This document shows positions 53,591-63,826 of a stretch of DNA of 64,000 nt, piece by piece. The stretch covers positions 1 through 64,000 of the forward strand of contig CAUYUJ010000034.1 of the NCBI GenBank assembly GCA_963575745.1, read 5' to 3'. The notes below the pieces were generated by a model. It was not told where the DNA came from, ran no database searches, and saw nothing but the letters and a program-made list of their open reading frames with translations. The translations under genes were made by a program, and so were the position numbers. The stretch's first letter is position 1. Each line of letters opens with the position of its first letter. The DNA is from Prorocentrum cordatum. Its lineage: Eukaryota.

Positions 53591-55333
53591 TTTTTGCGTC
53601 TTTTGCGAAGGCAGGCCTAAACACAAAGAACCTAAACAGCGAAGCTGTACAGGAAGACAGCGAAGCTGCAAAGATTAAAGCAGAGGTGCAACAAACAGCG
53701 AAGCTGCACAGATATGCACAAGACTGCCAATACACGAGAAGACAAATAAAAGTAGAAAGAGGAAAGCAAAGCAGTGCGAGACCATGCAGTAACCACATAT
53801 AGCGATTACCGTCTCAGCACCACTGAAAATAAAAGCAGTGTAGTGTCGACTAGATCAAAGGCCTACTTTGAGGCACCACGTGACAAATCACGGAAAGTCA
53901 CGTTCGAAGGTCAATGAGCACTCAAATCAAGGAAGCAACGAATGACCTACTTTGAGGGAGGAATCATCCTCCTCGGATCTTTCAATTCCCAATTGCAGCC
54001 TGTATGCATTAAGAGCCTCAGTCCTACGCTGAAACTCCTGTCTCGGGAGTCGGTGTAGCCCACGCCAAAGAGCACTGACATCGACACCGGCAAGGGCCCA
54101 GTCCCTGGCAGCTTGACACTCGTCCTCCGTCACTGCTGAACTCACAACTGCATTAGATAAACTCCCAGTCGTGGAACTCCCAGGGTGTGAAGTCATAGAA
54201 TCTTTATAATGAGAATAATGCAACTGTTCATTCCGCAACTCCTCATTCTGCAACTCCTCACCCTACAACTCCTCATCATGCAACTCCTCTTTCAGAACAC
54301 CTGGATCAACAGAAACAGAAACCACTTCCGAGTTTTTGTTGTTGGTGATAGTTACTGAAGAGCTCCAGTCAACCGCAGAATCAGACTGAACATGCCCGAC
54401 CTCATCGTCCATCACCTCATTAAGATTTTCCTGCCAATCTTCATTCAGAACCGCAGGGTCACTAGAGACAGAAACCAGTATCGACTGCAGCACACCCTCC
54501 GAAGACTGTAGCACATCTCGAGGCTGCACCACATCAGGAGACTCCTCCACCTCCTTCCACACCTTAAGATCTTCCTGCCCAGCCTTCCCAAGACAATCCG
54601 ACGGAGCGTCCGGAGATGAAGCGCGGCAAACTTCAGAGCTGGAATCCAAAGAAACAATATGCTGAGAATAATGCAACTGCTCATTCAGCACCTCCTCACT
54701 CTGCAAATCCTCATTCTGCAACTCCTCGTCCTGCAACTCCTCATTCTGAACGCCAGGAAGAAAAGAAACAGAACCCAGCACACCATCTGGAGACTGCACC
54801 GCATCTGGAGAACAAGCAACAGAATAGGACGACAAAGCTTTCCCACGATCAGTTGGCCCATCGGGTTTAGCGACTCCGTCGAAAGACTCAGTCATCACAC
54901 CCAGAGCCTCTAGCACACGGATCTCTGGAGATTGCACCACGGCTGGAGACTGCACCACCTCTGGAGACTGTATCCCCACCGGAACGCACTGCAGAGTATG
55001 GATGTCAAAGAGGGCTTGTCGAAACATGGCGAGTCTCAGCCTTCTCGCTCGCCGCCGCCACGACGAGGATGGGGAAGAAGAAACGGGATACGAGATGGCA
55101 TACAGAGTAGAAGTCGACGAGGTACAAAATTGCGTTGTCACGGCACCACACAGCAAGGAGTACTCACACAACAAATCTGGCTCCACCCACTGCAGAGACA
55201 AGAGGTGCTCAAGCCGCCATCGCACGGCCCGCCCGCGCGCACACGGCCGCCCAGGGGGCAGCCTGAGGAGACAGGCTTGAGGAGGCCCCCGACGGGCCAG
55301 GCCACCGCTGAGATCCCCGAGGAGGGACAGCGG
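53591..55333 (-). mobile_element. Non-autonomous retroposed element (1.74 kb) with a 10-bp TSD
   Basis: CAACCTGGTC is duplicated at 53581-53590 and 55334-55343. The 3' tail reads CGCAAAAGACGCAAAAA. No RT or endonuclease motifs are visible. Confidence 0.88.
53927..55027 (-). pseudogene. Acidic, internally repetitive ORF (~366 codons) of unknown function with one in-frame TAG
   Basis: ORF-track entries 54263-55396 and 53927-54253 are in the same frame, separated by TAG at 54263-54265 inside a QNEEL repeat (likely CAG>TAG). First in-element ATG is at 55027. Confidence 0.5.
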
Positions 55334-58300
55334 CAACCTGGTCACCGCCGGGAACCTCGTAGAGCTCCTTGCACCCGTAAGGAAGCTCAGGATCAAAGCG
55401 GAGAGCTTCTGGGAGCTTTTCTAGAAAAACGTCAAATTGAGATTTTCCGGAGTCAACATGAAGTCAATTCCCGGAAGTGAACTGGCACTAAAATTGGCTC
55501 TAGAGAGCTGAGCTGCTGAGACAACGAAGTTGATATGCCAATGCTTGGCGTAAGAATCTGCTTTCTCAGAATGAATTGTCAAATATCTTTCAAATCTCAG
55601 CAAACCCGACCGAAATTTGTCACATTGTCCTTTCTGGTCGGGCCGGCCAATGGGAGCCGGCGGTAAACTGTCAACCAGGTTACCGCCGGGGCCCTCGTAG
55701 AGCTCTTTTCTCACACAGCGCTCCTCGGTAGACATGAAGGAAGCGTCTGGAGCAAGACCTGAAAAAAAACTCAAAAGATCACGTTTTTCTGTTTTTATCC
55801 AAAGTCGGTTCCCCCAGTTTTTTGATAGTAATACTGCAGCTACGGACCTGGGAATTTGACTGGCAGACGCGGCATTCCCCACTACAGGTGGGAAAAATCT
55901 GGTTGCTCAAAATAAATAATCAAATATCTTTCAAATTTCCGCAGAACCGACCCAAATTTACCACATCTTCTTTTCTCGCCGGGTCGACCAACTAGCTCCA
56001 CCCCGCGCCGGAACTGGGCGCCGGCGGTAAACCGTCAACCTTTCTTACCGCAGGGGGACTCGTAGAGCTTCCTGACCATGAATAGTGACGAAAGAGAACG
56101 AATAGTTCAGCCCGAGCGATTTCAGACCTCTCGATGCAACAGCCGAACGCCTCTGATGCTTCTGGATCGTTTTCTGTGCGTACGAGCTCTGTAGCTCTCC
56201 TACAGCCCAAGTTACGTGCGAAAATCGACAGCACCACTTAAGATGACTCGAACAATACGAACAGCTTCGCGAACCTAGCTCGAGTATCAGACCGAGTTCA
56301 GACCTCTGAATGCGACAGGCGGACGCGCCTGATCTTCCAACTCGATTCCTGTGATTACCAGCCCTGCAGCTCCCCTACAGCCCGAGTTAAGTGCAGAAAA
56401 CTGGCAGCACCTCGCCTGATGTCTCGAAATCGATTCCTGTGATTACCAGCCCTGTAGCCCCCTAGAGCCCGAGTTAAGTATAGAAAACTGACAGCACCTC
56501 TCAAGATCACTCAAACAATATGAATAGTTTCGCGAAACTAACTCGGGCAGCAGACCGAGTTCAGAGCTCTGGATTCAACAGACGAACGCGCCTGATGATT
56601 CTCTATCGATTTCTGTGAGTATGAGCTCTGTAGCTGTCCTATAGCTCGAGTTAAGTACAAAATACCGAGAGCGCGTAACAAGATAACTCGAAACGGCCGA
56701 TCCCGCCCGCGTGCTTTTTTGGCAGTAAAAGGTACCCGATCGAGCTCAGATCAAGAGGGCGAGCGGGAATAAGATCGAAAATCACGGGAAAAAATACTAG
56801 CTCTAACGAATCATTGAATTTCGAGAACAAAACTGGACGCCGGCGGTAAACTGTCAACCTTTCTTACCGCCGGGAGACTCGTAGAGCTTCCTGACCATAT
56901 ATAATGTCGAAAAAATTGCAGAGAACGAATAGTTATTCAGCCCGAGCGATTTCAGAGCTCTCGATGCAACAGCCGAACGCCTCTGATGCTTCTGGATTGT
57001 TTTATGTGCGCACGAGCTCTGTAGCTCTCCTACAGCCCGAGTTACGTGCGAAAACCGACAGCACCTCTCAAGATGACTCGAACAATAGGAATAGTTTCGC
57101 GAATCTAGCTCGAGTATCAGACCGAGTCCAGACCTCTCAATGCGACAGGCGGACGCGCCTGATGTCTCGAAATCGATTCCTGTGATTACCAGCCCTGTAG
57201 CCCCCCTACAGCCCGAGTTAAGTCCAGAAAACCGACGATGACTCGAACAATACGAATAGTTTCGAAGACCTAGCTGGGGCAGGAGACCAAGTTCCGAGCT
57301 CTGGATTCGACAGGCGGACACGCTCATACTTTGAAATCGATTTATGTGATTACTAGCCCTGTAGCCTCCCTGGAGCCCGAGGTAAGTGCAGAAAACCGAC
57401 AGCACATCTCGAGATGACTCGAAAAATACGAATAGTGTCGCAAACCTAGATCGGGCAGCAGACCGAGTTCAGAGCTCTACATTCAACAGACAAACGCGCC
57501 TTATCATTCTGAATCGATTTCTGAAAGTATCAGCTCTGTAGCTGTCCTGTAGCTCGAGTTAAGTACGAAAAACCGACAACACCTCACGAGATGACTCGAA
57601 AAGGCCGATCCCGCCTGCCTGCTTTTTGGCAGTAAAAAGTATCCGATTTGACGGCGAGCGGGAATAAGATCGAATATCATGGGAAGAAATACTGGAGCTC
57701 TAACGAGTTCTTGAATTTCGAGAACGAAATTTTCAACCGAGCAAAAGTCACCAAAAGGTCCGTCGATATTTTTCTTGCCAACTAGCTCTCCAGAGCGCCG
57801 GAACTGGCGCCGGCGGTGAACCGTCAACCTGGTCGCCGCCGGGAACCTCGTAGAGCTTCTTTCACGTATAAACGTGCTCAGAGTCCAAAGGCAGAGCTTC
57901 TGGTGGCATACGTCGAAAAATTCAACATTAAATTTTTTCATGTCGGAAAAAAGTTGGTTCCTCCAAGTGTTTCGATAGCAAAAGTCCGCCCAGAGAGCTC
58001 ATATTCAGATGCAGAGACCCTCATCGTCCACAGGTGCGAAAAATCTGGCTTCTCAAAATGAATTGTCGAATATCTTTCAAATCTTTGGAAACCCGACCAA
58101 AAGTTACCATATCTTCTTTTCTCACCGGGTCGACCAACTTAGCTCCACCCCGCGCCGGAATTCTTCTTAGCTCATCGATAACTGGCACCGGCGGTGAACC
58201 GTCAACCTGGTCTGCGGTCTGCGGGGCCCGATTCGAGCCCCCTTAGGGGGCAGGGCCAGCGGTAGGATTACCTACAGGCAACCTAAGCACTAACAGCGGA

Positions 58301-58444
58301 GCTGTGCGAATATACAAGTCAGCGTAGCTGTGCAGATATGATACAACAGCGTAGCTGCACAGGAATATACACACATCGAAGAAACAGCGGGGCTAAGCAT
58401 GTATCTTACAACAGCGGAGCTGTGCAGATATAGTACACAAACAA

Positions 58445-61400
58445 TCACCGCCCAAGCTGTACGTGTATACACATCTCGGCAATGCCATTGAGAAGCGAAT
58501 GTGCAGCTGCCAACTCAGCCTGTGTGATCGTGCAGTGGCTAGGGACCATGAAACCTCTGCGGCCAACTCCAGGGTGCCATCCGCCCTGCACAAGTCCAGG
58601 GGGAAGCTGGTGAGGAGGAAGAGAGGGAACAAGATAAGCATCCATAACCCAGCCACACGAAGTGCCACGTTCACACCGCCCGCCGTCGAAAGCTCCTCTA
58701 AGTGCACGAACACTATAATGACCCGATCTAATATGATAAAGAGTGTTATGATTCCAACGAACATCAGAAGTAACTTTACCCTCACGTGCAAGATGTGTCT
58801 CATGGTCCGCCTCATCGTTGCCCTCCCTATACACAAATTTCCACATATCCCTTCCCACTTCTGCCGTGACAAGATGATGGTCCTCACTCATTCTGTGAAG
58901 GCGGTTCTGCATTCCCTTGATCGTGCGGCGATATACTTCATTGTGACAGCGATATCGTCCATTAAGCCAGCGCACAACACACTGGCTATCCCCACGGAGC
59001 TCCAAGCCATATCCACCCCCTTCCCCACGCCAAGTGGTTTCATCATCATTTATCGCGGCCAGTCGTTTCGCCACCCGTTCATTTTCCCGTCGTTGCTGCT
59101 CCTCTGACTTCTCCTCCCCCTCCTCCTCCTGCTTGAACTCACCCGTGAAAGGATCCCGAAGAAGGCAGAACTCGAGAAGATCATCCAAGTCCAGGGCGGC
59201 CAGGGTACCCACCAGGAAGGAACGCCAGCCAGTTTCATTCCAGACCATCGTGCGATCCCAATGAACCCCGCGCGTGTGCTCGAAGACCTCGAACCAAGGC
59301 CTAAGTCCCGTCAAGACTCGATGACGACAAGCTCTAGTAAACCGTCGGCCCCCAGGGAGAGCTCTAACATGTACGTCACGCCGCTCAGTCCACTCCCCCG
59401 ACGCGTGCATCATCGTCAAGGCGCTCTGCATACTGGCAGTGGGCAATCCTCCTTCCTCCTCCCGTGCATAGGTATGGCGTACCCGCTTACGAACAGGCTC
59501 ATGTGCATGTTGTGAATCATGATGCTCATGTGCCGTGTTCTCCGATATACGTCTGCGAACTGACCTATTCTCCAAGGGAGACGCGCTCTGTGCCTTTCTC
59601 CTACACGAACTGTTACGCTGTCTGGCATTCGGGGTAGGCGAGGGAACCGATGACTCCAAGGAGCGCTGCGAGCCGCCAAAAATATCAGGATCTCGTGGCT
59701 CATGATAAAGAATGCCCTGACTGAGTGCGTCCTCATCCACCCGACTATGCTCCTCATGGATCGTGCTCACAACATGTTTGGCGAAGAGCCACTGGCGATG
59801 AAGGGCGAGCTGGACCATCGAAGGCTTACGGGCCCACTTCAATAAGCGACGACCACCTTTAATCCTCCTGCCCCAGTACTCTCTCCAGGACTCCGTGATC
59901 TTCATTTTGAGACGTCTCATGGTGGACAAGAAGTTGCCTTCAGCTGCATGTATCTGCTGGAGACTACCCGAATCCAAAGTCGTACCCTCCAAACCGTACA
60001 GAAAGCAACTTCTGACCCTGCTATCATAACGCTGAAACTTACAACGAAGCGGAACCACGGGCGACGAGTAAAAAGAAATCTCACTCATAAAGACCCGTCG
60101 TGCCTTCTCCAGTCGGTGCTTAATGTCTTCATGATCCTGAAATCGTACGTCCAATAGCGTGCCAAGAACCTCCATCCTCTCCACCTGCCTTACTATCATC
60201 TCCTCCGAAGGACCTGCGGCGCTCTGGGAAGCCCCACAAGAACGCTTCCTACCCACCTCAGCAGGCAGGAGCCCCGGCACAGGCAGGCGGATATCCTGCA
60301 ATGGACCTTGGACGCCACAAGCCAAGAACTCCATCGAAGATGCTTTCCAGTTGAAACCGAAGCGGTGGAGGACCCCAGTCAAGTCCTCGAGCATATGGGT
60401 CAATTCTCGCCTGGAAGCTGCTGCCAGCAAAATATTGTCTGCCCACAACCAGTGGTTGACCAAGAGATTGGATGCCTCATCAGTGAGCCTGACGCCGTAT
60501 CCAGACTGTCTCCAACCTGCCGTCACTGGTGCAAGCATACGAAGGGTCTGGGCAACAAATAGCAAAGGCGCCTCCAAGGAACCTGTACGAATGCAAGTAT
60601 CCCACGAGATGGTCGTAGAACACTGTTGGAAGATGATCTCTGCCGTGTTACAAGCATAACTCTCAAAGACAGCATACACAAGGGCAGGATGGACATGATG
60701 GAATAAAAGCGCCTCTGCTGCACATCTAACCGTGAAATTATCAAACGCCTTTTCAATATCAGCACTTGCAAGGTAAAGACTCTCCTCCTTCCCCCACACA
60801 ACGCCGTGTTGAGCAAGACGTTTGAGGGGGGCCGTGACCTCATAACATTTGTGACCCGCGTTAAAGCCATATAAGTTGCAACCTGGCGGTGCAGCCTGCC
60901 GAACGCGGTGTTCTAGAAGTATACATAGACAACTGCTATACCATTTACCAAAATGAGAAAGAAGTGAAAGGGCCCGCGTTTCTTCAAAATCACGAGCTTT
61001 GGGATTCTTAGGCATCAAGCATACCAAGATCTCTCTCCAGGACTTCGGTGAAACATGTTTCTGATCATACAGCAAACGGAATAAGGTAAGTATGTGTCGG
61101 AGGGCTTCCCATGGCAATGCTTTGAGCACCGATGACGACACCCCGTCTGCACCTGTTGCCCGTCCTTCCCTGAGTCTAGACCGTGCCTCCAGCAAGAGAC
61201 CCATGTTGATCAGGTTGCGGTGGGGCTCTCCAGAGTCTCGCAGGGCCTTACACTGGTTCTTAAGCTCATCCAAGCACGCGTTGGTGTCCTGTCGGTGGGG
61301 ATCGCTAGAGTACCTCAGGAGCCCATGACGCCGAAGGCCCTCAATCCACTTTTCCTGGTCACGCGTGAGGACCCCGTCCACATACATGTGCGTAATAACA

Positions 61401-62713
61401 GGCCTACGACGGACACCGTCACGAATACGATAAAGCTCACATGCACGATCATGACGCCTACGAACTCGACGCCACCGCTTAGCTGTCCCCTTATACTCCT
61501 CCTGGACTCTCTCGTACTCCCCCTGTCCCACGTTAGCCCCGCCATACCGCGCCAACCTCCACCTCTTCCTGACCTTAAAGAACTCCTCCTTAATCAGTAA
61601 ATCCTCCTCCGAATATCTGGGATAATCTGAAACAGGCTGACCATGAGAACGGGAAATATCCAAAGTCTCGCTGGCACCTTCAAGTATACTCTGTGTCATG
61701 ACCTCAAAACCTACGTCCGTGTGGATCTGATTCACGAGCTCGGGCTGGCAGATCGCTCTCTCCAAGCCGGCTGTCTGCTGGAGCTCGAACCCTGGCTGAA
61801 GCTTCCAAGTCTTGAGCTGAGGCCGACGTCGATACCTCAACTGAGCATGCTGGGCGGGCATCTCGGCACACAAGAGCTTGTGGTCGCTAAACGCCCTTTC
61901 CGTCGCCTCGGACCGTGGGACCTGGGACGGCACAACCCAAGAACAAGTCACCTCTGGAGTCATCCAAGAAGCTGGGACCGCAAGATAATCATAAACGTGC
62001 TCGTATGTGCTTGAATTGTGTCTCCAAGTAGGCTGACGATTCCCAAAAGTGTTAGCTAGCTGCAACTTGAGGGCCCCCATGGTCTTCAGAAAGGCCCCCG
62101 AGTACATCTCCCGCATCCTGTTGGCTCTACTTTCGTCACCTCCACTAGACCTCCCCCTCTTACGTATAGGCCCATTCACCGCCTCCCCCGTAACCTCCAC
62201 CCCATTGATCCTGTGGTGCGGGAAAACCTCCACGTTGGCGTCAGCCGAGATAACAACCTCCTCAATGTGAAATCGCTTTTTGGCCGCAGAGACATGTGCA
62301 ACAAGATCCGATAACACGTCCGTATAGAGCTTGAAACTAGCGAGAAACCCTTCAGGAGAACGGCGTGCTTCACCCTGTGCACCCCGCTCAGACTCCTTAT
62401 GAGGGAGATAGACAGAAACGAAGATGAGCTTGCGAAAGATCGCAATGACCCAGCGACGACCACACACAACATCGATAAGCAGATGTCTCCATACACCTCG
62501 GCACAAGATGGCAGCCCGTCTCCCCGCGTTCTCCCCCTCATCTGCCGAGCGATGTATATCCCAACCCGCATCTGCAAGATCCAAGTCGTGTAAGAACTGG
62601 CTCTCTTGGACCCCGACGATGGAAATCTTTAATTCGGCAATGTGATTCATGCACTCGGAGGTGTATCTTCCCAACCTCCGAACGTTCCAACCTCCAACAG
62701 AAGCTGGGCACCG
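58445..62713 (-). CDS. LINE ORF2: APE endonuclease, reverse transcriptase, permuted RNase H
   Basis: APE motifs GGWNV, VQES, SVYLP, ADAN, YDY and SDH. RT motifs TGADG, MPK, ADIEKAFD, IRTGSLEAP, WADN and VLG. RNase H motifs GDS, REGNDEAD, FDGG and AEL. The frame is open from the ORF1 stop and the true start is uncertain. Confidence 0.95.
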   Translation of the reverse strand, partial: RCPASVGGWNVRRLGRYTSECMNHIAELKISIVGVQESQFLHDLDLADAGWDIHRSADEGENAGRRAAILCRGVWRHLLIDVVCGRRWVIAIFRKLIFVSVYLPHKESERGAQGEARRSPEGFLASFKLYTDVLSDLVAHVSAAKKRFHIEEVVISADANVEVFPHHRINGVEVTGEAVNGPIRKRGRSSGGDESRANRMREMYSGAFLKTMGALKLQLANTFGNRQPTWRHNSSTYEHVYDYLAVPASWMTPEVTCSWVVPSQVPRSEATERAFSDHKLLCAEMPAQHAQLRYRRRPQLKTWKLQPGFELQQTAGLERAICQPELVNQIHTDVGFEVMTQSILEGASETLDISRSHGQPVSDYPRYSEEDLLIKEEFFKVRKRWRLARYGGANVGQGEYERVQEEYKGTAKRWRRVRRRHDRACELYRIRDGVRRRPVITHMYVDGVLTRDQEKWIEGLRRHGLLRYSSDPHRQDTNACLDELKNQCKALRDSGEPHRNLINMGLLLEARSRLREGRATGADGVSSSVLKALPWEALRHILTLFRLLYDQKHVSPKSWREILVCLMPKNPKARDFEETRALSLLSHFGKWYSSCLCILLEHRVRQAAPPGCNLYGFNAGHKCYEVTAPLKRLAQHGVVWGKEESLYLASADIEKAFDNFTVRCAAEALLFHHVHPALVYAVFESYACNTAEIIFQQCSTTISWDTCIRTGSLEAPLLFVAQTLRMLAPVTAGWRQSGYGVRLTDEASNLLVNHWLWADNILLAAASRRELTHMLEDLTGVLHRFGFNWKASSMEFLACGVQGPLQDIRLPVPGLLPAEVGRKRSCGASQSAAGPSEEMIVRQVERMEVLGTLLDVRFQDHEDIKHRLEKARRVFMSEISFYSSPVVPLRCKFQRYDSRVRSCFLYGLEGTTLDSGSLQQIHAAEGNFLSTMRRLKMKITESWREYWGRRIKGGRRLLKWARKPSMVQLALHRQWLFAKHVVSTIHEEHSRVDEDALSQGILYHEPRDPDIFGGSQRSLESSVPSPTPNARQRNSSCRRKAQSASPLENRSVRRRISENTAHEHHDSQHAHEPVRKRVRHTYAREEEGGLPTASMQSALTMMHASGEWTERRDVHVRALPGGRRFTRACRHRVLTGLRPWFEVFEHTRGVHWDRTMVWNETGWRSFLVGTLAALDLDDLLEFCLLRDPFTGEFKQEEEGEEKSEEQQRRENERVAKRLAAINDDETTWRGEGGGYGLELRGDSQCVVRWLNGRYRCHNEVYRRTIKGMQNRLHRMSEDHHLVTAEVGRDMWKFVYREGNDEADHETHLAREGKVTSDVRWNHNTLYHIRSGHYSVRALRGAFDGGRCERGTSCGWVMDAYLVPSLPPHQLPPGLVQGGWHPGVGRRGFMVPSHCTITQAELAAAHSLLNGIAEMCIHVQLGR

Positions 62714-63826
62714 TCACGAGCTGCTGTTCACCTGCCTCTCCCAAGTCTTGCAGTCCAGACCTGAATCGATGTGCTGGACCCGCTCGGCCACGAACTTCCA
62801 TCCCACGGTATCCGTCCACGTACCTACACACACTTTATCACTCTGGCTATCCTTCTGCAGGTATGCCCAAGCCTTCGCAGGCCCTTCAGGCTCAAAAGTG
62901 ATGAGAGCGGTGGCAACAGTCTTGAGCTTATGAAAGATCGCAGTCGCCTTGCGAGTCTCCCCAACTCGACGTCGGTCCTGTGGTGCAGGTTGGACAAACC
63001 AACCGAGGTGTCGATCTTTGTATGGTCCAAAACTGTTCTGGCAACCGACCAAATCAGGGCAAGAACTGGACCAGGCTGAGGCCCACTCGTTGCGTACTTC
63101 CCAGACCGTCCCTTTCGAAGTCCCTGGCATGAAGTATATGCGAAACTTGGTCACACCAAATCGATTGGAAGCGATATCCCCGTCCGTCCTACCCCTGTCG
63201 AAGATCTTAATAACGTCACTCTCCCGTGCTTGCGATAGTGTGTACAACTTACCTATCATGTTCCTAACCGTGGCGACCTGGATCTTGGCCTTATCTCGAG
63301 TTTCTACCTTTCGGGGGTCCTCTTGCGCGAAGCCGCCCACCTGGATCCAAGTCGGGACATGTGGTACAAAGGGCCTCTGGAAGTCAGCATTACGAGAGTC
63401 ACGAGTAGACGCACCTCCCAGAGATGATGAATCTGCCCAGGGACCCCTAGAGTTCATCTGAGCCTGAAGTGCTTTTATCTCTTTCGCCTGGGCCTCCTGA
63501 GCTGAACGAATCTCCTGCACCGACGAAGCAATAGGGGCAACCTGCTCTGATACCCTCGTTTGAATCTGCTCTTTGATGTCAACAGAGCTCTGCATAAGCA
63601 TCCTCTGCATATCTTCACGCATGGCATCGAACTGTGCACGGAGCATAGTGGCCAGATCTCCTGCTTCACCTCCTCCTCCTCCACTACTACCACTTCCATT
63701 CCCACTGACTGCCCCTCCTCCACCACCCTCGGCATCACCAAGAAGATGTCTATCTTCCAAGAGCTTCCTCTGTCGCTTCTCTCCGTTGCCCTCGGTTCCC
63801 ATATCATCATCAGAAGTCGGAACCAT
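62714..63826 (-). CDS. LINE ORF1 (370 aa, coiled-coil N-terminal half)
   Basis: Lies upstream of ORF2 and contains a heptad-like helical stretch. The VPTWIQVGGF segment matches FTPTCIELKGW in the 39.9-45.4 kb copy. Confidence 0.85.
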   Translation of the reverse strand: MVPTSDDDMGTEGNGEKRQRKLLEDRHLLGDAEGGGGGAVSGNGSGSSGGGGGEAGDLATMLRAQFDAMREDMQRMLMQSSVDIKEQIQTRVSEQVAPIASSVQEIRSAQEAQAKEIKALQAQMNSRGPWADSSSLGGASTRDSRNADFQRPFVPHVPTWIQVGGFAQEDPRKVETRDKAKIQVATVRNMIGKLYTLSQARESDVIKIFDRGRTDGDIASNRFGVTKFRIYFMPGTSKGTVWEVRNEWASAWSSSCPDLVGCQNSFGPYKDRHLGWFVQPAPQDRRRVGETRKATAIFHKLKTVATALITFEPEGPAKAWAYLQKDSQSDKVCVGTWTDTVGWKFVAERVQHIDSGLDCKTWERQVNSSS

